Shown: positions 28,605 through 38,674, counted from the first letter of the stretch. The stretch: DNA of 64,000 nt from Deferribacterales bacterium (GCA_050253075.1 JBFWJS010000001.1:64001-128000); one strand, 5' to 3'. Notes: generated from the sequence alone by a model not told the origin. Program-made: numbers and translations.

Positions 28605-29720
28605 TCAAATCGGAAGCGAAAGAATGAATTCTGTCCCCTTCCCTGTCTCAGAGACAAAACTTACCTTCCCTTTCAGATAGTTTTCTCCTAACAGTTTCAT
28701 ACTGTATGTTCCCAGACCGGAGCCTGAGGGCTTGGTTGTAAATGTTCTTTTGAATATCTGAGTTTTCACATCGTCTGGCATCACGGCGGGGTTATGCACA
28801 TGGAAGCTGACTGTCTCGAAGTGGTTCTCTGCCCATATAGTAACTTCGTCGTTCTTCGCAGATGCCTCTATGGCATTCTTAACCATGTTTATCATCACTC
28901 TGTTTAAGAGAGAGATGTCCGTGCGGATCTCCACATCGGCGGTGCCTTCCTTTATATTCAGCTTTACACAGCGTTTGTCTGCTATGCACTTATACAGCTT
29001 CAGCACATCCTGAAGCACGCTGTAGGTCTTCACCATCACAGGCATGACCATCAGCTCTCGCTTCTCCGCCAAAAGCAGCGTGCGGTATTCGTTTATCTCT
29101 TTCACCATGTCGGAGCTGGACTGATGCAGCAGCCCGATCATCTCAGGAGGGAGCTCTGTTATGCTGCCGTCCTTATACAGGTCGATAACGGAGTATATCC
29201 CGCTGGCGAGGTTCATTATGTCGTGGAAGAATATCTTTTCCAGAGCGGACTTACGCTTCTTTTCACTGATATCCTTAGCCGTGAAGAAGGTGAACCTGTG
29301 CCCTGCGAATTCAAAAGGATTAGCTATGACAAACAGTTCGTATGCTTCTCCGCCTTTTACAGAAAGAAGGCATTCCTCCCTCGCCTCGACACCCATCGTC
29401 TGGGCTTCAAGGATGGCATTCACCGCACCGCATTTAATGCAGAATTCTGTCGTGCCGCATCCGAGCACTTCGCCCGAATGGATGCAGCCGAGAGCCTCTC
29501 CCGGGCGTTTGCCCAGAACAGCGTAAACGTCATCTATCCCTAAAAAGTCAAGGAAAGCCTTATTGGTAAATATGACCTGCCTGTTCTGATCGAGAACAAA
29601 CATGATCTCCGTAGTTTTGTCTATGAGTTCTTTGATAAGGGGCACTTTGTTCAGCTCAGAAAAAAGCTGTAAAATAATGTCCTGAGAACTGCGTTCTGCA
29701 GAAGCGTATTTGGATTCCAT
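28605..29720 (-). CDS. PAS sensor histidine kinase with Cys-rich PAS
   Basis: PAS with C-x8-C-x5-C-x2-C, H-box FFHDIMN, NMVKNAIEA, FTTK..GSGLG. Confidence 0.9.
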   Translation of the reverse strand: MESKYASAERSSQDIILQLFSELNKVPLIKELIDKTTEIMFVLDQNRQVIFTNKAFLDFLGIDDVYAVLGKRPGEALGCIHSGEVLGCGTTEFCIKCGAVNAILEAQTMGVEAREECLLSVKGGEAYELFVIANPFEFAGHRFTFFTAKDISEKKRKSALEKIFFHDIMNLASGIYSVIDLYKDGSITELPPEMIGLLHQSSSDMVKEINEYRTLLLAEKRELMVMPVMVKTYSVLQDVLKLYKCIADKRCVKLNIKEGTADVEIRTDISLLNRVMINMVKNAIEASAKNDEVTIWAENHFETVSFHVHNPAVMPDDVKTQIFKRTFTTKPSGSGLGTYSMKLLGENYLKGKVSFVSETGKGTEFILSLPI

Positions 29721-30297
29721 CTCACCACCGTCAGTGTTTTATATATAGTAGCAACATTAGGCATGAAACACAATTTAATGTCTGGCTCGCTGAGCATTGT
29801 CATTTTTGTTACGTTTGTATTTTAACATCAAAAAGTACAAGAAAAACATTCTAACATTCTATTTTCATAAAAAATACTGTAAACTTATATTACATATAAG
29901 GATATTAGATAGACAACCATCAAAACGCTTGTTAACTTTTTCGTTTCCATCTCATTGTTAAATAACGTGCATCCATTTTGTTATTTGTTGCAAATATTAC
30001 ACAATAAATACTGTATGAAAAATGTTACATTTTTTATATGCTTAATACCAGCGACTTACAGGCTAATTTTCAATTGGTGCTTTTTATACATCTCTGATTT
30101 TAAAACACAAACAGTATTATATTTTATTTTTATATTTTTCCTATATGTTACTGATCGTTTTTTTATGAAATTTTTTTTAAACATTTATCAGGAAGACTTA
30201 ACCCACAGGAAGGCGTACTGACGGGGGATTTTCGTCACGGTTATAAACAGCCGTTTACCGCTATGCCGTATAAACGTGTTAACTTACATTTACATTT

Positions 30298-30326
30298 TTG
30301 ACTTTAATATCAAGCTATGCTACTAA
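30298..30326 (+). promoter_or_regulatory. Possible sigma70 promoter for the etf operon
   Basis: TTGACT-17 nt-TACTAA with TG extension, about 80 nt before etfB. Confidence 0.35.
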
Positions 30327-30403
30327 AATTATGCATCATATTAATCATTATTATAAATTTCTGATTTTCTATAAATGAACAAATATTTTAGACGGAGTTA
30401 TTG

Positions 30404-31216
30404 ATGCTAGCTATTGCTTGTATAAAACAGGTTCCGGATACCACACAGGTACAGATCGACCCCGTTACCAACACTCTGGTAAGGGACGGTATCCCTTTCA
30501 TTATCAATCCGTACGACACCCACGCCCTTGAGGAAGCTCTCAGGCTGAAGGATAAGTACGGTGCGACCGTCGTCGTTCTCACCATGGGACCTCCGAATGC
30601 CGAGGCAGCCCTTCGCAAGGCCCTCGCACTCGGCGTGGACAGAGCCATCCTTTTGTCAGACAGAGTATTCGGCGGTGCGGACACACTCGCCACCAGCAAT
30701 GTCCTGACTGCTGCCATAGAAAAACTGGCGAAAGAGGACGAAGTAGGCTTTGTGCTCTGCGGAAAGCAGACTATCGACGGAGACACAGCACAGGTGGGCC
30801 CCGGAATAGCCACCAGAATGAGCCTCGAACAGCTCACACTTGTCGACCGTATAGAGGATGTGGACTTCACAGCGAAAAAGACCACAGTGCGCAGAAAGCT
30901 CGAAGGACGCTATGAGCGTGTGGAAAGCAAACTGCCCGCAATGGTCACTGTCGTAAGAGAGATAAACAGACCAAGATACCCCTCTGTCCCCATGAGGCTC
31001 GCCTCTAAGGACGCTAAGGTAGAGGTTTGGGACAACACCGTCCTTAATCTGGATGTTAATACCATCGGACTGAAAGGCTCACCCACATGGGTTAGCAAGA
31101 TATTCTCCCCCGAGCGTGACAAGGGCGAGATAATCGGCGACGGTATAGGCAAACCGCAGGAAACGGCACAGCTTCTCATCGATAAGCTGCTCGAAAAAGA
31201 CCTGCTGAACATATAG
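30404..31216 (+). CDS. etfB: Electron transfer flavoprotein beta subunit
   Basis: CIKQVPD, INPYD, TMGPP, FGGADTLATS, GKQTIDGDTAQVGP, PRYPS, GSPT. Confidence 0.96.
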   Translation: MLAIACIKQVPDTTQVQIDPVTNTLVRDGIPFIINPYDTHALEEALRLKDKYGATVVVLTMGPPNAEAALRKALALGVDRAILLSDRVFGGADTLATSNVLTAAIEKLAKEDEVGFVLCGKQTIDGDTAQVGPGIATRMSLEQLTLVDRIEDVDFTAKKTTVRRKLEGRYERVESKLPAMVTVVREINRPRYPSVPMRLASKDAKVEVWDNTVLNLDVNTIGLKGSPTWVSKIFSPERDKGEIIGDGIGKPQETAQLLIDKLLEKDLLNI

Positions 31217-31226
31217 GGGTATAAAA

Positions 31227-32567
31227 ATGGCAGAAAAGAAAGTTAAAAAGCCAAGAGGCGTTGCTAGGCTGAAGGCAGATACCTGTATCTCCTGCGGTGC
31301 AAGGTGCGAGAGTGCCTGCCCTGTCGACGCTGTCAAAATGGACGAGAACGAAGTTCCCGTTATAACCGAAGAAAAATGTATCGGCTGTCTCAAATGCGTT
31401 AAGGTTTGCCCTGCTGATGCTATATATATGTATCTCACAGACGAGGAGAAAGCTATCCTCGCCGAGCTCGAAAAGGCAGGAGCCGCAAACGAGGAGCCCG
31501 AAGAACTCTCTGAAGAGGACAAAGCGCTCGCCGAAATGCTTAAGCAGTACAGAGGCGTGTGGGTCTTCATAGAGCAGACAGAGGGCGAGGTCGCAGAGGT
31601 TTCATGGGAGCTTCTGGGCGAAGGACGCAAACTGGCTAACAAGCTCCAGACAGAGCTCTGCGCTGTCGTCATAGGCGAGAATGTCAGAAACCTGTGCCAC
31701 GACTCATTCACATTCGGCGCAGACAAGGCGTACCTCATAGACGAGCCGGTTTTCAAATACTACCGCACACAGGCATACCACGAAGCAATGTGCGGACTTA
31801 TCACAAAATATAAGCCTGAGATAATCCTCATGGGCGCAACAGGTATGGGAAGAGACCTCGCAGGAGCCGTCGCTACGGAAGTGGCAACAGGGCTCACAGC
31901 GGACTGTACAGGGCTTGACGTTGACGACAAGCGTAACCTGATGCAGACACGCCCTGCCTTCGGCGGAAACATCATGGCGACCATCATGTGCGACAAAAAG
32001 AGACCTCAGATGTCCACAGTGCGTCCGCACGTTATGGATATGCCTGAGATCCAGTGCGACAGAACAGGCGAGATCATCGAAGAATCTTCAACAGTAAAGG
32101 AAGAGAACATCTTCACCAAAGTGCTGGAGATCATCAAGGACAAAGGCCACGCAAACGAAGAGGACATCGCAGGAGCAGAGATCATCGTATCCGGCGGAAG
32201 GGGCATGATGAATGCCGAAAACTTCAAGATCCTTCAGGAGCTGGCAGACGAGATAGGCGGAACAGTAGGCGCATCCAGAATGGCTGTCGATGCCGGATGG
32301 AAGCCTCACACACGCCAAGTCGGACAGACAGGTAAAACAGTAAGACCAAAGATATATATAGCCTGCGGTATCTCGGGAGCCATTCAGCACCTTGTGGGTA
32401 TGCAGGACTCGGATGTTGTCATCGCTATCAACAGAGATAAGGAAGCACCTATCTTTGAAGTAGCTACATACGGCATAGTGGGAGACCTCTTTGAGATAGT
32501 CCCTGCTCTGACCAAGATAGTAAGAGAGATGAAAAGTGAGAAAGCGAGGTCAACAGTATGCATGTAA
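31227..32567 (+). CDS. etfA: Electron transfer flavoprotein alpha subunit with N-terminal 2x[4Fe-4S] ferredoxin domain
   Basis: CISCGARCESACP and CIGCLKCVKVCP, then GLTADCT, RPAFGGN, SGGRG, QVGQTGK, GISGAIQH. Confidence 0.95.
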   Translation: MAEKKVKKPRGVARLKADTCISCGARCESACPVDAVKMDENEVPVITEEKCIGCLKCVKVCPADAIYMYLTDEEKAILAELEKAGAANEEPEELSEEDKALAEMLKQYRGVWVFIEQTEGEVAEVSWELLGEGRKLANKLQTELCAVVIGENVRNLCHDSFTFGADKAYLIDEPVFKYYRTQAYHEAMCGLITKYKPEIILMGATGMGRDLAGAVATEVATGLTADCTGLDVDDKRNLMQTRPAFGGNIMATIMCDKKRPQMSTVRPHVMDMPEIQCDRTGEIIEESSTVKEENIFTKVLEIIKDKGHANEEDIAGAEIIVSGGRGMMNAENFKILQELADEIGGTVGASRMAVDAGWKPHTRQVGQTGKTVRPKIYIACGISGAIQHLVGMQDSDVVIAINRDKEAPIFEVATYGIVGDLFEIVPALTKIVREMKSEKARSTVCM

Positions 32568-34492
32568 ATAACACCCTATTCACAATAGTTTTTGCAGCTG
32601 CCATGCTGTTTTTCGCATACAGCTGTTATGTTAAATTCGGTCTGGTCGCCCTCGGCGCATCAGATAAAAGAAGCGGAAGCCTCGGCAATATGTTCAAGGA
32701 CGCCATCGGTCAGACAAGGGTTATAGCGGGACCTTTCGGTATAAACCACGCAATGCTCTTCTGGTCATTCCTCGTTCTCGTACTGCTGAATGCTGAATTC
32801 CTGCTCGGCGGGCTCATCCCCGGCGTGTCTTTCAGCGTTCTGCCGAAGGGGCTTTATGCAGTACTCTTTAACATATTCGACGCAGTATCCGTGCTGGTTC
32901 TCATCGCAGTGATAGCTGCCATGACCAGAAAGATAGTGGCACCTCCATACCCTGAATCGCGCACTTTCGAGGCATTCTTTATCCTCGGTATGATAGGTAC
33001 GCTGATGGTGGCATACTTCTTCCTTCACGGAGCAGAGATAGCATCAGGACACGCTCCTGCCGGCAGTTTTATATCCGGCATGGTGGCAGCAGGTCTCGCA
33101 GGTGCATCACCCGAATATGTACAGTCATTCTACGCCTCTTCATGGTGGGTGCACGCCGTAGTGCTCCTCGTGTTTATGAACTTCCTGCCTTACAGCAAGC
33201 ACATGCACGTTATCACCGCTCTGCCGAACGTTTTCTTCAGAGCAACTTCAAAGCCTCTCCTTATGGAGCGTGAAGTATATGAAGTCGGCAACACATACGG
33301 CGCAGGCAAGGTCACAGACCTTTCATGGAAAGACCTCCTCGACAGCTTCACGTGCACCGAGTGCGGACGCTGTCAGGACAACTGCCCAGCTAACCTCACA
33401 GACAAACCTCTCAACCCGAGAGAGATGATACACCTTATAAAAGAGAACCTGAACGGCAACGGCAAAGGGCTCAAGACAGGCGACGTGAAGATACCACTCA
33501 TCGGCGACGGCGAACACTCCGTATCCGAAGATACTATCTGGTCCTGCGTCACATGCGGTGCATGCATGGCTGCCTGCCCTGTGTTCATCGAGCACGTGCC
33601 AAAGCTCATCAAGATGCGCCGTAAGCTCGTGGAGATGGACGCCCAGTTCCCCGATGAACTTCTCAACCTGTTCGAAAACCTCGAGCAGAGAAGCAATCCG
33701 TGGGGCATCGCACCGTCCGACAGAGTTAAATGGTACAGCATGCTCGACCTGAAAGACTACAGCGACGAGACAGAATATCTGCTCTATGTCGGCTGTGCGG
33801 GAGCATTCGATTCCAGAAGCAAGCAGATATCCATAGCTCTCACACAGGTGCTCGATGCTGCGGGTGTTTCATACGGCATCCTCGGCAAAGACGAGCTCTG
33901 CTGCGGCGACTCCGCCAGAAGGCTCGGAAACGAATACCTCTTTGAGCAGATGGCTAATAAAAACGTCGAGATGTTCAAAGCTAAAGGCGTTAAAAAGATC
34001 ATTACACAGTGCCCGCACTGCTTCACTACTCTGAAAAATGACTATAAGCAGTTCGGCATAGAGCTTGAGGTCATCCACCACAGCGAGATGATAAGCAAGC
34101 TGATAAAAGACGGCAAGATCAAGCTGGATGCTAAATCCGCTGAGAAGGTCGTGTTCCATGATTCCTGCTACCTCGGCAGGCACAACGACGTGTACGAAGC
34201 ACCGAGAGACGTCATCAGAAGCACAGGCGCAACAGTGCTGGAGATGGACAGAAACATGGACAAATCTTTCTGCTGCGGTGCAGGCGGCGGACGTATGTGG
34301 ATGGAGGAAGACCTCGGCACACGTATCAACGTGAGCAGGGTCGAGCAGGCGATCGAGACAAACCCTGACTCTATCTGTGTATCATGCCCATACTGCATGA
34401 CAATGTTTCAGGACGGTCTGAAGGATGTCGGCAAGGAAGAGATAAGAGTGAACGACATAGCAGAGCTCACAGCCCTCGCAATGGTCAAGTAG
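32558..34492 (+). CDS. Membrane heme-b / 4Fe-4S / CCG-domain oxidoreductase (DUF224/FadF/EMO-type ETF:quinone oxidoreductase)
   Basis: TM domain with His residues (NHAMLFW, WWVH, KHMH); CTECGRCQDNCP, CVTCGACMAACP; two CCG domains (CCGD..CPHC; HDSC..CCGAGGG..CPYC). Confidence 0.9.
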   Translation: MHVNNTLFTIVFAAAMLFFAYSCYVKFGLVALGASDKRSGSLGNMFKDAIGQTRVIAGPFGINHAMLFWSFLVLVLLNAEFLLGGLIPGVSFSVLPKGLYAVLFNIFDAVSVLVLIAVIAAMTRKIVAPPYPESRTFEAFFILGMIGTLMVAYFFLHGAEIASGHAPAGSFISGMVAAGLAGASPEYVQSFYASSWWVHAVVLLVFMNFLPYSKHMHVITALPNVFFRATSKPLLMEREVYEVGNTYGAGKVTDLSWKDLLDSFTCTECGRCQDNCPANLTDKPLNPREMIHLIKENLNGNGKGLKTGDVKIPLIGDGEHSVSEDTIWSCVTCGACMAACPVFIEHVPKLIKMRRKLVEMDAQFPDELLNLFENLEQRSNPWGIAPSDRVKWYSMLDLKDYSDETEYLLYVGCAGAFDSRSKQISIALTQVLDAAGVSYGILGKDELCCGDSARRLGNEYLFEQMANKNVEMFKAKGVKKIITQCPHCFTTLKNDYKQFGIELEVIHHSEMISKLIKDGKIKLDAKSAEKVVFHDSCYLGRHNDVYEAPRDVIRSTGATVLEMDRNMDKSFCCGAGGGRMWMEEDLGTRINVSRVEQAIETNPDSICVSCPYCMTMFQDGLKDVGKEEIRVNDIAELTALAMVK

Positions 34493-34515
34493 CACTAGTA
34501 AACTTATAAAAAATT

Positions 34516-34543
34516 AAGCCCGCTTGAAAGAGCGGGCTTTTTT
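34516..34543 (+). terminator. Intrinsic terminator (possibly bidirectional)
   Basis: AAGCCCGCT-TGAAAG-AGCGGGCTT followed by T run; A-rich on the other side; lies between convergent operons. Confidence 0.85.
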
Positions 34544-34593
34544 ATTATCTAAACGGCTTGTTTCAGGCCTTGACCCTCAAAGCCGAAATTGGT

Positions 34594-35190
34594 TCACGAA
34601 GTAACCTTGTGTTTGAAAGCCAGCGCAAGGGCGACTCTGTCCCTCAGCCCTGTCTTGTTGAATATAGATGTCATGTGCGCTTTTACGGTGCGCACTGTTA
34701 TATCTGCTTTTTCTGCGATCTCAGCGTTTGTCTTCCCCTCGGATACAAGATATGCGACCTCCAGCTCCCTTTCGGTCAGCTGAGATATATCCACATTCTC
34801 TTCATCCGCTTCTGTGTCTGGCACAGACATAATGATCCGGCTGAGTATATCAGGCGGCATCCAGACCTGTCCGCTGCGCAGTGTCTCCACTGCCTGTTTC
34901 ATATTGCCGGGACGCATCATCCTGTTTCCGTAGCCTTTCACGCCATAGCGGAAATAACGGACGCACTCCGCCGCAGAAGGCACAGAGGCAAGGATAAGCA
35001 CCTCAGACGCCAGTTTTGTCACATCAAAAGCCTCAGCCGTGGCAGTATCCACCACAACCACATCACCTGCCGAAGGCTCTTTGAACGCCCTCAGCTCCTC
35101 ATAGCTTTTAAAAGCATGGGTCTTTTCCTCAAACGCCGACATAAAACGTTCAATAATAAATTTGTCGGCACTCAATAATATGACCATCAT
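34594..35190 (-). CDS. LuxR/NarL-family regulator with degenerate receiver domain
   Basis: C-terminal LTERELEV...GKTNAEIA...RTVKAH..IF.K HTH; receiver lacks the acidic pair and has GYGN where GYxxK is expected. Confidence 0.88.
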   Translation of the reverse strand: MMVILLSADKFIIERFMSAFEEKTHAFKSYEELRAFKEPSAGDVVVVDTATAEAFDVTKLASEVLILASVPSAAECVRYFRYGVKGYGNRMMRPGNMKQAVETLRSGQVWMPPDILSRIIMSVPDTEADEENVDISQLTERELEVAYLVSEGKTNAEIAEKADITVRTVKAHMTSIFNKTGLRDRVALALAFKHKVTS

Positions 35191-36527
35191 CTCTCCCTGA
35201 GAGCGTTGTACTTCGCCCTCAAAATAGGCTTCATCAGATACTGCATAACGGTCTTCTTACCGGTCACGATGTCCGCCATAACCGTCATACCCACGATGAT
35301 CTCCTTCTTATTGTCCTCCTCCCCGAGGTAGTTCTTATCCGTTTTAATACGGACAAGATAATAGTGCTCACGCTTCTCGTCCACTATGGTGTCGGCACTG
35401 ATATGCACGACCTCACCCTCCAGACCGCCGTAAATGGCATAGTCATATGCGGTGAGCTTCACCACGGCTTTCAGACCGGGGTATATGAACGCAATGTCCG
35501 AAGGCTTTATCTTCGCCTCCACAAGCAGTCTGTCGTCGTCGGGAACGATCTCGAGGATGTCCATCCCCGGCTTTACGACACCGCCTATGGTATTGACCAG
35601 AAGCTGATTCACCGTACCGTCAACGGGCGATCTGACCTGTGCTCTGTTCACACGGTCCTCTATGGCGACCTGTGTGGTGCTGACCCTTTTCAGCTCAGCC
35701 AGAGTCTTGTTCAGCTCTTCCTGTGCGGCACTTTTATATTTTGCCACTGCCTCGGCTATCATGCTCTTCGCCTCGGTTATCTTCGATGCGATAGTAGTCA
35801 GCGCTTTGGTCAGCGACTCGATCTCTGTTTTATTCTCTATCTCTTTCTGCTGCAGCTGAAGCCACTCCACCTCGGAGATGAGCCCCCTGTTGAATAGCGG
35901 CTGCGTCAGTTTGATCTCTTTTTGTATCAGTTCACGGCTGTCTTTCAGGTTTTTCAGCTTTGTTTCGGCATCGGTAAGCTCTATCTCACGCTGTCTGTGA
36001 CGCTGTGTGAGAGCACCCAGCTCGCTGTTCAGCCTCTCTTTATTTGTGGCAAACAGTCTGCGCTCCTCCTGTACCAGCTCAGGAAAATTTGCTGCGACAT
36101 CAGGGTCAGGGTTGAAATCCTTCCCTTCTGATTCTGCACGCAGTCTTGAAAGTTTTGCCCTCAGCTCGTCCTCTTTCGATTTACTCTCTTCGAATGAAGA
36201 GCCGAAGCCTGTGTCATCTATGGTGAGAAGCACCTGCCCCTTTTTCACATGCTGACCTTCGGATACGAGGATATCTTCGACAATACCCCCTTCGAGGTTT
36301 TGTATTATCTGTATCTGGCGTGAGGGGATAACACGCCCCATGCCTCGGGTCATCTCGTCCACTTCTGCTATGTTTGCCCAGATGATAAACGCAAATGTAA
36401 GCCCGGCTATGATATAGAGCACGATGGACATCTTCACGGGGCTCTTCTGCAGAACCGCCGCATTCAGACTTTTCATGAACTCTATGTCTCTGTTTGAGAT
36501 CCTTTTCTCTTTTCCGTTCTTTCTCAT
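35187..36527 (-). CDS. lapC: HlyD-family T1SS membrane fusion protein (LapC-like)
   Basis: GRVIPS..QIIQNLEGG, RSPVDG.V, GGVV.PG, YDYAIYG, GMTV.ADI.TG, PI..A...AL.ER. Confidence 0.93.
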   Translation of the reverse strand: MRKNGKEKRISNRDIEFMKSLNAAVLQKSPVKMSIVLYIIAGLTFAFIIWANIAEVDEMTRGMGRVIPSRQIQIIQNLEGGIVEDILVSEGQHVKKGQVLLTIDDTGFGSSFEESKSKEDELRAKLSRLRAESEGKDFNPDPDVAANFPELVQEERRLFATNKERLNSELGALTQRHRQREIELTDAETKLKNLKDSRELIQKEIKLTQPLFNRGLISEVEWLQLQQKEIENKTEIESLTKALTTIASKITEAKSMIAEAVAKYKSAAQEELNKTLAELKRVSTTQVAIEDRVNRAQVRSPVDGTVNQLLVNTIGGVVKPGMDILEIVPDDDRLLVEAKIKPSDIAFIYPGLKAVVKLTAYDYAIYGGLEGEVVHISADTIVDEKREHYYLVRIKTDKNYLGEEDNKKEIIVGMTVMADIVTGKKTVMQYLMKPILRAKYNALRER

Positions 36528-38674
36528 TTGCCCTTACCCAGCTTCTGGAGTATTTCGTTCTTCGGTCCGTCCATGATAATCTTTCCGCTGTCCATAACGA
36601 TCAGCCTGTCCACTATCGCAAGGATAGACGGTTTATGTGTAACAACTATGGTAGTTTTACCCTCGGTTGCTTTTTTCAGGTTTTGTATCACCTTTGCCTC
36701 GGATGTGAAGTCCATCGAGTTGGTCGGTTCATCCATCAGTACTATTGGGCTGTCGGTCAGCATAGCTCTCGCCACTGCCACAGACTGTCTCTGTCCGCCG
36801 GAGACATTCGCTCCTCTTTCGCCAACCCAGAGATCCAGTCCCATAGGGTGTCTGTCGGTAAAGGAGTTCACATTGCCTATCTGCACGGCGTTGAGTATCG
36901 CCTCGTCGTCTGACTGAGGCGCTTTGAAAACTATGTTCTCACGCACTGTACCTGAAAAGAGTGTCACCTCCTGAGGTACGTAGCTGATGTTGTGTCTTAA
37001 ATCCGCAGGGTCCATCTGCTTTATGTCTATGCCGTCTACGAAGACTGCACCCTCTGTGGGCTCATACAGCCCCAGAATCAGCTTGCTCAGGGTGGATTTA
37101 CCCGAGCCCACCTGCCCGATGATGCCTATGCGCTCTTTCGGGTTTATCTTTAGGCTCACGCCGTCCACAGCCGTTGTGGTCTCGTCGGGATAGCTGAATG
37201 TCACGTTCTTGAACTCTATAGAGCCCTTGAATACGGGTCTGCTGAGGAAGTTCTTATGCTCGGGTCTCTCGACATCTTTCTGCATCAGGTCTTCCAGAGC
37301 CGTCAGCGATGTCTTCATCTGAGAATAGTTCGACAGAAGCGCAGCCACCTGCGACATAGGCGAAATTGTTCTGGATGAGAGGATAACCGTTGCTATCAGG
37401 CCGCCCATGGTCAGCTCGCCTTCACGTATGAGATAAACACCGACCACGACAATGGCGACGGTGGCTATCTGTGTGAAGAACGAAGATACTGTGGAAAGGG
37501 AGCTGGAGAGCATCCTCGAACGGAGGCTCTTCGTGGCGATGTCGCCCGTGCGCTCTTCCCACGCCCACTGTATGCCGCTGCTGGCGTTGAATGCTTTTAT
37601 GTTTTCAAGGTTTGAAAGGGACTCGATGAGCAGACCGTTCTTCCTTGCGGAGGATTCGTATGTACTCTCGATGCTCCTTTTCAGAGGTCCTTTGACTATC
37701 TGTCCGTATATGACGATGAAGCCTATTATCGCTATGGGAACAAGAACCAGAACGCCCGCCACGTATGATATGACCAAAAGGAATATCACTACGAAAGGCA
37801 GATCGATAAAGGCAACCAGTGCGGCGGATGAATAGAATGCACGCACACTGTCGAACTCTCTGATATTACTGGCGAAGGAACCCACAGAGCGGGGCTTCTC
37901 CTTCATCTTTATGTTCAAAGCCTGTTCGAATATCTTGGACGAGAGGATGACGTCGCTCTTCTTCGCTATCACCTCGAGGAAATATGTCCGCAGGAACTTC
38001 AGCCCGAGGTCGAAAGTGTAAACGACAAACATACCCACAGCCAGTACCCAAAGGGTATCCACTGCATTATGGGGGATGATGCGGTCGTACACGTTCATGG
38101 TGAAAAGTGGACCGACGATGACGAATATGTTCACAACAAGAGACGCAAGAAGGACATTCATATATATCCCTCTGAAACGCCATAATGTACTGAAAAACCA
38201 GCCTTTATTATGGCTCTTGTCCTCTTCGTTATCATACTCGTGTCTGTTGTCCAGATATATCTTTTTCATGAAAAAGGCATAGCCTATATATTCTTCTTCC
38301 AGCCTGTCGAGAGCTATCTCCTGTGGTACGTCGTCCACCTGAGGCACGACGATCTCCGCCCTGCCTGATTCTGTGTCTATGGATGTCAGCACGCACGCAC
38401 TGTCATTCTTTAGTATCAAAATAGCAGGGAGCACCACATGGGGGATGCTTTTCAATTTGCGCTTCACCAGACTGGTATTAAAGCCGGCTCTGGCTGCTGC
38501 ACGGCTGAAGTTCGCCTTTCCGCCCTCGGTGCTGAAAAGCTGCTGCCTCAGAGCCGAAGGATCAAGCGGCAGTCCGTGGGACAGCGCTTCTGCTGTTGCG
38601 GGTCTGTGGTTCAGCTTTGTCAGCAGAACCAGACACTGCATCAGCGGATCATTCTGTATGTTATTTCCGTCCAT
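36524..38674 (-). CDS. lapB: T1SS ABC transporter (LapB/LssB-like, with inactive C39-like N-domain)
   Basis: PLFTMNVYDR, GQVGSGKST, SGGQRQ, MDEPT, VTH. Confidence 0.94.
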   Translation of the reverse strand: MDGNNIQNDPLMQCLVLLTKLNHRPATAEALSHGLPLDPSALRQQLFSTEGGKANFSRAAARAGFNTSLVKRKLKSIPHVVLPAILILKNDSACVLTSIDTESGRAEIVVPQVDDVPQEIALDRLEEEYIGYAFFMKKIYLDNRHEYDNEEDKSHNKGWFFSTLWRFRGIYMNVLLASLVVNIFVIVGPLFTMNVYDRIIPHNAVDTLWVLAVGMFVVYTFDLGLKFLRTYFLEVIAKKSDVILSSKIFEQALNIKMKEKPRSVGSFASNIREFDSVRAFYSSAALVAFIDLPFVVIFLLVISYVAGVLVLVPIAIIGFIVIYGQIVKGPLKRSIESTYESSARKNGLLIESLSNLENIKAFNASSGIQWAWEERTGDIATKSLRSRMLSSSLSTVSSFFTQIATVAIVVVGVYLIREGELTMGGLIATVILSSRTISPMSQVAALLSNYSQMKTSLTALEDLMQKDVERPEHKNFLSRPVFKGSIEFKNVTFSYPDETTTAVDGVSLKINPKERIGIIGQVGSGKSTLSKLILGLYEPTEGAVFVDGIDIKQMDPADLRHNISYVPQEVTLFSGTVRENIVFKAPQSDDEAILNAVQIGNVNSFTDRHPMGLDLWVGERGANVSGGQRQSVAVARAMLTDSPIVLMDEPTNSMDFTSEAKVIQNLKKATEGKTTIVVTHKPSILAIVDRLIVMDSGKIIMDGPKNEILQKLGKGK

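Noticed and set aside
29955..30221. 88-aa ORF in the AT-rich intergenic region
   Set aside because: TTG start, no RBS and Phe/Ile-rich low-complexity translation typical of non-coding AT-rich DNA
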